32,000 nucleotides of DNA, taken from Candidatus Nanosyncoccus sp. (GTDB lineage: Bacteria; Patescibacteriota; Saccharimonadia; Saccharimonadales; Saccharimonadaceae). Of this stretch, positions 8,100-14,673 are shown piece by piece. The stretch is taken from the NCBI GenBank assembly GCA_045597305.1, contig JAZLJF010000009.1, positions 21,891-53,890 of the forward strand, given 5' to 3'. The translations under genes and the position numbers were made by a program. Below the pieces are notes generated by a model, which saw nothing but the letters and a program-made list of their open reading frames with translations, did not search any database and was not told the DNA's origin. How positions within the stretch are numbered: the stretch's first letter is position 1; each line of letters opens with the position of its first letter.

Positions 8100-8130
8100 G
8101 AGATAAGATTGCGTATCTTATCTCTTTTCT
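8100..8130 (+). promoter_or_regulatory. Perfect 10-bp inverted repeat at the predicted TSS, followed by a T-tract (operator or 5' hairpin/attenuator)
   Basis: GAGATAAGAT (8100-8109), TGCGT loop, ATCTTATCTC (8115-8124), then TTTTCT. Confidence 0.6.
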
Positions 8131-8203
8131 GCTATACAGAAATTAGAGATATAGCAATTCTAGTAGCTTAAAATTTTATTTCCAAAGGAAGGGGGATATT
8201 CCT

Positions 8204-8824
8204 ATGCAAAATCCTTATTGTTACCTGTCAGACGATTGTCGAACTGTTGTCGTTTTCGAGGGGGAAAGAGAAGAACAATACACTGTTGACGAGTTTGTAG
8301 AAATCTATGGTGAGGAATCGTTACCATCTAGCGATTCATTTCGTAGTAAAGTTGTTATAACAGATGAAATTCTTGAAGAGATGTGCAGAGCTGAAGAAGA
8401 TGCTTGTAATAATTATTACGAAATAATGAATGAATTTTTAAATTCGATTGGGTATTATCTTGGTTTCAAAAAACTTGTAGAAAACTATGACGATGCGCCT
8501 GATAAGGAGAGATCTAAATCTGGAGCGATAATTGTCGAAAAATATGGAGTACCAATTAGAAACATTGATCAAGAGTTGCAAAACAAAAGAGAACACTGTT
8601 GGCATTTATTTAGAGAGTTAAATAACGCTGCCGAAGCACTTGGAATTTCGCCAATAGGTGAAAGTGCTATAGGTGATTTGGAAGACACCTCGAGGCGTGA
8701 TTCTGTCAGAAGATCGGCGAAGCGTGCTTGTCTTTCTCATGAATTAGTCTCTTTAGAACAGTTGCTTCAGAGGAGATTATTGCGTGAAAATTCCGCATCT
8801 GAAAGGGGAAAATTGGATGAATAA
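8204..8824 (+). CDS. Hypothetical acidic protein (206 aa), no family recognised
   Basis: Strong SD AAGGAAGGGGG 8 nt upstream of ATG. Two Cys pairs are present (C6-x5-C12 and C61-x6-C68), and the C-terminal half looks helical and charged. Confidence 0.7.
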   Translation: MQNPYCYLSDDCRTVVVFEGEREEQYTVDEFVEIYGEESLPSSDSFRSKVVITDEILEEMCRAEEDACNNYYEIMNEFLNSIGYYLGFKKLVENYDDAPDKERSKSGAIIVEKYGVPIRNIDQELQNKREHCWHLFRELNNAAEALGISPIGESAIGDLEDTSRRDSVRRSAKRACLSHELVSLEQLLQRRLLRENSASERGKLDE

Positions 8825-9290
8825 TAAAACTATATTTTGGATACTTGCAGAACGACTAGAGAATCAAAAATATAAAAAGGTGAAGGACGATTTTGATTTG
8901 GTTCGAGAAAGAGGAAAAAGTAATTATGCTAACTCGAAGATTAAATATTTGTATAATTTCGATATTAATCAGGTACAGGTTGATATTGATATGAGCAAAA
9001 ATTTAATAATCAAAGGAAGAAAAAGATATACTAATGGATTGAGCTATAATATCTCGATACTCGTAATTCTAACGTTGGTAATTATAGCTAGCGTAGTATG
9101 TGTTATTTATCTGCCAGAATATAAACTTCTCGCATGGATTATCTTCTGCGCTTCTTTGATTTGTTCGATACATTTTTTCTTTAGTGTAATATCTATAGAG
9201 AAATATTTCTCGTATTTTTTCACAATGTATTATGAATTAGGAGAAAAAGAAGAACTTTTCAATGAAATGACGAGCGGAAAATTACCTTAG
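8817..9290 (+). CDS. Hypothetical membrane protein with a soluble N-domain and two C-terminal TM helices (157 aa)
   Basis: ATG 8817 overlaps the upstream stop (gATGAATAA), with AAGGGGA SD at 8804-8810. Hydrophobic segments are ISILVILTLVIIASVVCVIYL and LLAWIIFCASLICSIHFFFSVI. The track start at 8784 lacks an SD. Confidence 0.7.
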   Translation: MNNKTIFWILAERLENQKYKKVKDDFDLVRERGKSNYANSKIKYLYNFDINQVQVDIDMSKNLIIKGRKRYTNGLSYNISILVILTLVIIASVVCVIYLPEYKLLAWIIFCASLICSIHFFFSVISIEKYFSYFFTMYYELGEKEELFNEMTSGKLP

Positions 9291-9310
9291 CCTTTGGAGA
9301 TAAGCTCATT

Positions 9311-9336
9311 GCCACCCGTTATCTGGGTGGCTTTTT
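9311..9336 (+). terminator. Rho-independent terminator of the orphan cassette
   Basis: GCCACCC / GGGTGGC stem, 7-nt loop, TTTTT at 9332-9336. Confidence 0.8.
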
Positions 9337-9337
9337 C

Positions 9338-9366
9338 TTGCAAAATATTGGAAGACAGTGTATAAT
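9338..9366 (+). promoter_or_regulatory. sigma70-type promoter for rpsP (TTGCAA-17-TATAAT)
   Basis: -35 at 9338-9343, 17-nt spacer, TATAAT at 9361-9366. AAGGAG SD before ATG 9396. Confidence 0.6.
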
Positions 9367-9395
9367 ATAAAAGTTATTTAATTTTAAGGAGAAAA

Positions 9396-9770
9396 ATGCT
9401 AGCGATTCGTTTGCAGCGTAATGGCCGAGCACACTACCCTGTGTATCGGATAGTCGTCCAAGAAGCGCAGCGTCACCCTCTTTCGGGACGCATTGTGGCT
9501 GAGGCCGGTTCATATAATCCTCATACCAAGAAAATCGTTCTTGATAAAGAGGTGATTGAAAAATACTTAAAAAATGGTGCGCAGCCTAGCACCCGCGTTA
9601 TTCGCATCTTGAAGGCAGAAAAAATTGCTCTTCCAAAATGGGTGAAAGAAGCATCAAAGAAGACTTCTGTAGCTAAACATGCTGATAAGCTTCGCAAGAA
9701 TCAGCCAAAGGAAGAGGCTCCAGCTGACGCCCCAGCTGATACCGCTGAAGAAAAACCAGCTGAAGGATAA
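9396..9770 (+). CDS. rpsP: Ribosomal protein S16 (with Ala/Pro/Glu-rich C-terminal tail)
   Basis: MLAIRLQRNGRAHYPVYRIVV...GSYNPHTK. Confidence 0.93.
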   Translation: MLAIRLQRNGRAHYPVYRIVVQEAQRHPLSGRIVAEAGSYNPHTKKIVLDKEVIEKYLKNGAQPSTRVIRILKAEKIALPKWVKEASKKTSVAKHADKLRKNQPKEEAPADAPADTAEEKPAEG

Positions 9771-9788
9771 TTAGCTGCTTTTACTAAA

Positions 9789-9820
9789 ATACCCCTATAG
9801 AGTTGGGGTATTTTTGTTTT
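9789..9820 (+). terminator. Rho-independent terminator after rpsP
   Basis: ATACCCC / GGGGTAT stem, 9-nt loop, TTTTTGTTTT. Confidence 0.7.
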
Positions 9821-9845
9821 CAATATTTTTTGCTTGTGGTATAAT
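9817..9845 (+). promoter_or_regulatory. Extended -10 promoter for the KH-domain gene
   Basis: TGG TATAAT at 9837-9845. The -35 (TTTTCA at 9817-9822) is weak. Confidence 0.4.
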
Positions 9846-9877
9846 TAAAGTACTTAACAATTAATTCGGAGAAAGAT

Positions 9878-10333
9878 ATGTCAACTATTGACCAGCAATT
9901 CGTTGAATACATAGTAAAAACACTTGTGAATAATCCTGATAAGGTGGAAGTCGAACGTACGATAGACGAAAAAGGAGTTTTGCTTCAGCTAACTGTTGAC
10001 CCAGAAGATGTCGGACGCGTAATTGGACGACGTGGAGCTACAGCTCAGTCACTTCGTACGTTGCTTCGCGCTCTTGGAACGAAGAATGATGCACATTATA
10101 ATCTTAAGATCACAAATGATGGCGCTGCCCCTCGTCGTGATGCTGACCCGAAGTCTGAGTCTAGCAAAAATGAAGAGCCGGTATCTTCTGATGCGTCAGA
10201 TAATGAATCATCTTCTTCTGATACTTCGTCCGATGAAGATACTTTTGGTGGTAATGATTTTGACGATAGTACTTCAGAACTCGCCGAAAAGACCCGTGCT
10301 GAATTGGCTGATATGGATGATTTGGATATCTAA
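9878..10333 (+). CDS. khpA: KH-domain RNA-binding protein (KhpA/YlqC family) with ~75-aa Ser/Asp/Glu-rich tail
   Basis: IVKTLVNNPDKVEVE...LQLTVDPEDVGRVIGRRGATAQSLRTLL (KH GxxG loop). It sits in the canonical position after rpsP. Confidence 0.8.
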   Translation: MSTIDQQFVEYIVKTLVNNPDKVEVERTIDEKGVLLQLTVDPEDVGRVIGRRGATAQSLRTLLRALGTKNDAHYNLKITNDGAAPRRDADPKSESSKNEEPVSSDASDNESSSSDTSSDEDTFGGNDFDDSTSELAEKTRAELADMDDLDI

Positions 10334-10340
10334 TCTACTA

Positions 10341-10369
10341 TTGACAATTTATTCCGTTTGTGCTATAAT
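10341..10369 (+). promoter_or_regulatory. Perfect-consensus sigma70 promoter (TTGACA-17-TATAAT)
   Basis: TTGACA at 10341-10346, 17-nt spacer, TATAAT at 10364-10369. Confidence 0.75.
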
Positions 10370-10375
10370 TAGATA

Positions 10376-10450
10376 GTAGGTTTAAGAGAGCGAATCTCTT
10401 ATAGGCTAAGGACATTAAGAAGACTGTGGAAGTCTCTGATGTCCTTTTTT
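10376..10450 (+). promoter_or_regulatory. Structured ~70-nt leader (two hairpins, the second terminator-like with U6) abutting the SD; attenuator or stand-alone sRNA
   Basis: Hairpin 1 is TAAGAGA-GCGAA-TCTCTTA (10383-10401). Hairpin 2 is AAGGACAT...ATGTCCTT (10408-10446) with inner AGACT/AGTCT, then T-run 10445-10450. GGAGGG SD at 10456-10461. Confidence 0.55.
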
Positions 10451-10466
10451 GTTATGGAGGGATTAT

Positions 10467-10856
10467 ATGATGACAAGGGGAAAAAGGATTGAAGAAATTA
10501 TCGATGAAATGTATCTTGATTGCGAAGATGACGAAATAAGTAATGTCGATGCGCTCAGAATGATTGTGTATTTTCAGGATGATTGGGAGTACCGAATTAA
10601 CTTATTCGAGCCATTAAGGGCGAAAGCAATTTTAGACTCCAGAGTTGAAAAAAAGGTTTTCGTCTGCAAAGATGGACCTATTTCATGGCATGAAAAGAAT
10701 GAAAATGATAATGACTATTTTTTTACAGAGAGCGGTAGATTTGTCTTGTCGAATCAAGCGCGTGTATTAAAAAAAGTTGTGAACATTTTATCAGATGAAG
10801 CGGTATATATAGTGCTTACTTCAGATGGAAAAAAGACAATTACACTTCCACAGTAG
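10467..10856 (+). CDS. Hypothetical acidic protein (129 aa), no family recognised
   Basis: ATG 10467 (or 10470) lies 5 nt after the GGAGGG SD. The track TTG start at 10449 would lie inside the SD region. The ORF is clean and has its own terminator. Confidence 0.65.
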   Translation: MMTRGKRIEEIIDEMYLDCEDDEISNVDALRMIVYFQDDWEYRINLFEPLRAKAILDSRVEKKVFVCKDGPISWHEKNENDNDYFFTESGRFVLSNQARVLKKVVNILSDEAVYIVLTSDGKKTITLPQ

Positions 10857-10873
10857 ATCAATTTAATTTGATC

Positions 10874-10900
10874 AGGCACCCCTCGAGGGTGCCTTTTTTC
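10874..10900 (+). terminator. Rho-independent terminator of the 1-gene cassette
   Basis: AGGCACCC / GGGTGCCT stem, 5-nt loop, TTTTTT. Confidence 0.85.
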
Positions 10901-10912
10901 TGTGTTTCATAA

Positions 10913-11030
10913 TCAAAAAACCACCGTCTCCCAAAGGTGGTTATTTGACAGATAAGCTCTCAACTTATGCGTGTAAGCTGACTCGCAGTTAGCTTATGTT
11001 CAACAAAATCTAGCAAATAATGTTTGAACT
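10913..11030 (-). ncRNA. Candidate ~118-nt small RNA of unknown family (the only minus-strand transcription unit seen)
   Basis: It is bounded by a minus-strand TTGACA-17-TAGAAT promoter (11065-11037) and a minus-strand intrinsic terminator (AACCACC...GGTGGTT at 10942-10919, then U6). It contains no ATG. Three internal hairpins are visible: GUUCAA/UUGAAC, UAAGCUAAC/GUCAGCUUA and AUAAG/CUUAU. Confidence 0.5.
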
Positions 11031-11036
11031 ATTTCT

Positions 11037-11065
11037 ATTCTAATAGTTTATAAAGCTTATGTCAA
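11037..11065 (-). promoter_or_regulatory. Minus-strand sigma70 promoter (TTGACA-17-TAGAAT)
   Basis: The reverse complement of 11037-11065 reads TTGACA TAAGCTTTATAAACTAT TAGAAT. Confidence 0.55.
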
Positions 11066-11114
11066 GATTAAAATTTCATAGTTTTCCACAATTATATAAA
11101 ATTGATTTAAAACC

Positions 11115-11143
11115 TTGAAAAAAATTGCAAAATAAGCTAAAAT
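11115..11143 (+). promoter_or_regulatory. sigma70-type promoter for rpoBC (TTGAAA-17-TAAAAT), giving a ~115-nt 5' UTR
   Basis: -35 at 11115-11120, 17-nt spacer, -10 at 11138-11143. AAGAGG SD before GTG 11265. Confidence 0.55.
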
Positions 11144-11264
11144 GGATGACAAGAAGTAGTGTGTCAAGTTTTTTATGTACTCCTAGAAATGGCGACTCTA
11201 GAGTATAGGCTATGGCAGTAATCTTCGGCGCTAAAGATTATCAACACTAATAAAAGAGGTAAAT

Positions 11265-14200
11265 GTGAAAACTGCGAACAACAGTGGTTCCCGTGTATTC
11301 TTTACAGAGGGTGACCAGGCACTTCCTATCCCTGATTTGATCACACATCAGAAGGATTCATGGGAAGATTTTGTCAAATCCGGCCTTCGCGAGGTCTTCA
11401 ACGAGTTGAACCCGATTGACGACTATACAGGCCAAAAACTATCTTTAAGATTCAAGGATTATCGTTTCGATGCTCCAAAGGAATCAGAGCAAGATGCAAA
11501 ATATAATCTTGCAACTTATGAAGCTCCACTTCATGTATTAGTCGAGCTTGAAAATAAGGTGACAGGCGTTAAGAAAGAGCAAGATATTTTCTTCGGAAAT
11601 TATCCTTGGATGACAGATCGTGCAACTTTTGTAATTAATGGTACAGAACGTGTCATCGTCTCTCAGCTAATTCGCTCAGCAGGTGTATTTTTCACTGCAG
11701 ATGCTGTTGGCGGACGTAATTACTATGGTGCTAAGGTCATTCCTGGTCGTGGCGCTTGGCTTGAATTCGAAACATCGACATCTGGTGCGATTTATGTGAA
11801 GATCGACCGTCGTCGAAAAATTCCTGTTACAACTTTCTTGCGTGCACTCGGCATTTCAAAGAAAAATGAGATCAAGGAAGCATTTAAAGGTCTTGATGAA
11901 GGTGAAATCTCTTATATTGACGCAACATTGGAGAAAGATACTACATCTGGACGTAGTGAGGCTTTGATCGAAGTATATCGAAAACTTCGTCCTGGCGATT
12001 TAGCAACAGTCGAAAACGCAAAATCAATGATCGACCGAACATTCTTCGATTATAAGAGATATGACTATTCAAATGTTGGTCGTTTCAAGATCAATCAAAG
12101 ACTTGGTTTTGATACTCCAAATACTAGCCAGTATCGCACTCTTCAGATGAAGGATTTGATCGCTATCATCGCCGAGATCATTCGTTTGAATAATACTCAA
12201 GATGCGCCTGATGACATTGATTCACTTTCGAATCGTCGCATCAAGCTAGTCGGCGAGCTCGTACAACGACAATTCCGTCTTGGTATGCTTCGTTTACAGC
12301 GTAACATCCTTGACCGCATGTCGATGGCTAGCCCTGAAGATGTCACTCCTTCACAACTAATTAACGCTCGTCCAGTTACTGCAGCAGTAAAGGAATTCTT
12401 TACTTCTTCCCAGCTTTCGCAATTGATGGATGAAACGAATCCATTCTCCGAGCTTGCACACAAGCGCCGCTTAAGCTCTATGGGTCCTGGTGGTTTGACG
12501 CGTGAACGCGCCGGTTTCGACGTACGTGATACACATCCGACACATTATGGACGTATCTGTACAGTCGAGACGCCAGAAGGTGCGAACGTTGGTCTTGTTC
12601 TAAACCTCGCGACATATGCTCATATTAATGAATACGGTTTTATTGAAGCGCCATACCGTGTTGTTAAAGATGGAAAAGTTACAGACGAAGTAGTTTATGT
12701 TGATGCTGCGGAAGAACAGAACATGATTATTGCTGATACGTCAGCAAAGCTTGATAAGAATGGAAAATTCATCGATGCACGTGTGTCCGCTCGTGTTAAG
12801 GGTGCGCCAACCCAAGTTGAATCAAGTAAAGTAACACATATCGATGCAGCTCACAAAGAAATTCTAGGTGTATCAGCATCACTTATTCCATTCGTTGAGA
12901 AGAACCGTGTCGACCGTTCTCTTATGGCCTGCGCCATGCAGAAACAGGCAGTACCTCTTCTTCGTCAAGATAACCCTATTGTGGGTACTGGTATCGAGGC
13001 CGAGGTAGCAAAGAATACTTCACAGCTTATCGTTGCAGAAGCCGCAGGCGAAGTCACAAAAGCTGATGGTGAATCTGTTGTTGTTGAATACAAAGATGGA
13101 CCAAAAGAATATAAGCTAATCCACTTTGAAAAGACTAATGACGACCGTTGTTATAACCAGCGCGTAAAGGTAAGCCGTGGCCAGAAAGTTAAGAAAGGCG
13201 ATACGCTTATTGAAGGTGCATCTGTCAATGATAGCGAGCTTGCACTTGGTCGTGACCTCTTAGTCGCATTCATGCCATGGCGTGGTTACAACATGGATGA
13301 TGCTATCGTTATTTCAAGTCGCTTAGTCCAAGATGATACATTGACATCAATTAATATTAAGGATTACGATGTTGAAGTCCGTGAAACAAAACTCGGTCCA
13401 GAACAAGTCACTCGCGATATTCCTAATGTATCCGAGCATTCACTTCGTCACTTGGGCGACGATGGTATCGTAGTAGTAGGTTCTGAGGTTCAGAATGGTG
13501 ATATTCTTGTTGGTAAAATTACTCCTAAGGGAGAACAGGAATTGAGTTCTGAGGAACGCTTGCTTCGTGCCATCTTTGGTGAAAAAGCTAAAGATGTCAG
13601 AGATACTTCTGTACGCATGAATGGCTCATCGACTGGTAAGGTCGTCGGTGTTCGTGTGTATACTCGTGAACAAGGTCACGATCTTAAAGCCGGTGTATTG
13701 ATGCAGATCAAGATTTATGTTGCAGAAATGCGTAAAATTGGTGTCGGTGATAAGCTTTCAGGTCGTCATGGTAATAAAGGTGTCGTTTCTCGAGTTCTCC
13801 CTGTGGAAGATATGCCATTCATGGAAGATGGTACTCCAATCGATGTAATTCTATCACCGATGGGTGTTCCATCACGTATGAACCTAGGACAGCTTTTCGA
13901 AGTTCACTTAGGTATGGCAGCTAGAGCACTTGGATATAAGGTTGCTACGCCTTCATTTAATGGTGTTCCTGATGAAGTAATTAGTGACGAGCTAGAAAAA
14001 GCTGGTTTCAATCGCGATGGTCGTGTCCAGTTGTTCGATGGTCTCACTGGTGAGCCATTTGAAGAGCGTACTTCTGTCGGCGTGATGCACATGCTCAAGC
14101 TCCATCACATGGTTGATGATAAGATTCATGCACGTTCGACTGGTCCATACACAATGGTCACACAGCAGCCGCTTGGAGGTAAAGCTCAGAACGGTGGTCA

Positions 14201-14672
14201 GCGCTTTGGAGAAATGGAAGTTTGGGCACTCGAGGCTTACGGTGCAGCTACAATTCTTCAAGAGATGCTTACTATTAAGTCAGATGACGTTTACGGACGT
14301 GCGAAAGCATACGAGTCAATCATTAAGCGTTTGCCGATTGAAGGTCCAAAGCTTCCAGAAGGCTTCAACGTTCTTGTAAAAGAGCTTCAAGGCCTTGGCT
14401 TGAAAGTTGATTTGCTTGATCATGGTGAATCTACTGATGCGTCTGATGTCATCGAGAAAACATCTCGCGAAATTGAAAAGTCGCAAGATGACAGATTAAT
14501 ATATGAAGAACATAAGAAAGCGACCGAAAATGATCTCGACAATATATCAGATGATGATGTCATCGATGTCGCGGATGATGAAGGTATACTAATAACAGAT
14601 GAGGATGGTGAAGAAATCGTCGGCGAAGATGAGGAAGACGATAGTATTACTGACCTCGGAGAGGAGTTCTAA
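11265..14672 (+). CDS. rpoB: DNA-directed RNA polymerase beta subunit (with ~85-aa acidic C-terminal tail)
   Basis: GTG start. Motifs include FFGNYPWMTDRATFVINGTERVIVSQL, GPGGLTRERAGFDVRD, NMGQ-type LSGRHGNKGVVS and GGQRFGEMEVWALEAYGA. Confidence 0.97.
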   Translation: MKTANNSGSRVFFTEGDQALPIPDLITHQKDSWEDFVKSGLREVFNELNPIDDYTGQKLSLRFKDYRFDAPKESEQDAKYNLATYEAPLHVLVELENKVTGVKKEQDIFFGNYPWMTDRATFVINGTERVIVSQLIRSAGVFFTADAVGGRNYYGAKVIPGRGAWLEFETSTSGAIYVKIDRRRKIPVTTFLRALGISKKNEIKEAFKGLDEGEISYIDATLEKDTTSGRSEALIEVYRKLRPGDLATVENAKSMIDRTFFDYKRYDYSNVGRFKINQRLGFDTPNTSQYRTLQMKDLIAIIAEIIRLNNTQDAPDDIDSLSNRRIKLVGELVQRQFRLGMLRLQRNILDRMSMASPEDVTPSQLINARPVTAAVKEFFTSSQLSQLMDETNPFSELAHKRRLSSMGPGGLTRERAGFDVRDTHPTHYGRICTVETPEGANVGLVLNLATYAHINEYGFIEAPYRVVKDGKVTDEVVYVDAAEEQNMIIADTSAKLDKNGKFIDARVSARVKGAPTQVESSKVTHIDAAHKEILGVSASLIPFVEKNRVDRSLMACAMQKQAVPLLRQDNPIVGTGIEAEVAKNTSQLIVAEAAGEVTKADGESVVVEYKDGPKEYKLIHFEKTNDDRCYNQRVKVSRGQKVKKGDTLIEGASVNDSELALGRDLLVAFMPWRGYNMDDAIVISSRLVQDDTLTSINIKDYDVEVRETKLGPEQVTRDIPNVSEHSLRHLGDDGIVVVGSEVQNGDILVGKITPKGEQELSSEERLLRAIFGEKAKDVRDTSVRMNGSSTGKVVGVRVYTREQGHDLKAGVLMQIKIYVAEMRKIGVGDKLSGRHGNKGVVSRVLPVEDMPFMEDGTPIDVILSPMGVPSRMNLGQLFEVHLGMAARALGYKVATPSFNGVPDEVISDELEKAGFNRDGRVQLFDGLTGEPFEERTSVGVMHMLKLHHMVDDKIHARSTGPYTMVTQQPLGGKAQNGGQRFGEMEVWALEAYGAATILQEMLTIKSDDVYGRAKAYESIIKRLPIEGPKLPEGFNVLVKELQGLGLKVDLLDHGESTDASDVIEKTSREIEKSQDDRLIYEEHKKATENDLDNISDDDVIDVADDEGILITDEDGEEIVGEDEEDDSITDLGEEF

Positions 14673-14673
14673 T

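Noticed and set aside
10023-10376. 117-aa plus-strand ORF overlapping khpA out of frame
   Set aside because: It lies within the KH-domain gene and its acidic-tail region. It is Leu/Met/Ile-rich nonsense-like sequence and has no SD.
10913-11030. Identity of the minus-strand RNA as SRP (4.5S), 6S, tmRNA or RNase P RNA
   Set aside because: The length and sequence do not fit. I see no GGAA-tetraloop or AGCA/GCAGCC-type SRP domain IV motif, no tRNA-like end, and it is too short for 6S or RNase P. It is kept as an unknown sRNA candidate only.
14599-14673. ORF-track N-terminal extensions: rpoC from 14599, rplC from 18719, rplW from 19943, rpsE from 26113, the 2-TM protein from 8784, and the orphan protein from 10449
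   Set aside because: In each case an internal ATG preceded by a good SD or a TAATG junction coincides with the conserved protein N-terminus. The extensions overlap the upstream gene or the SD itself.
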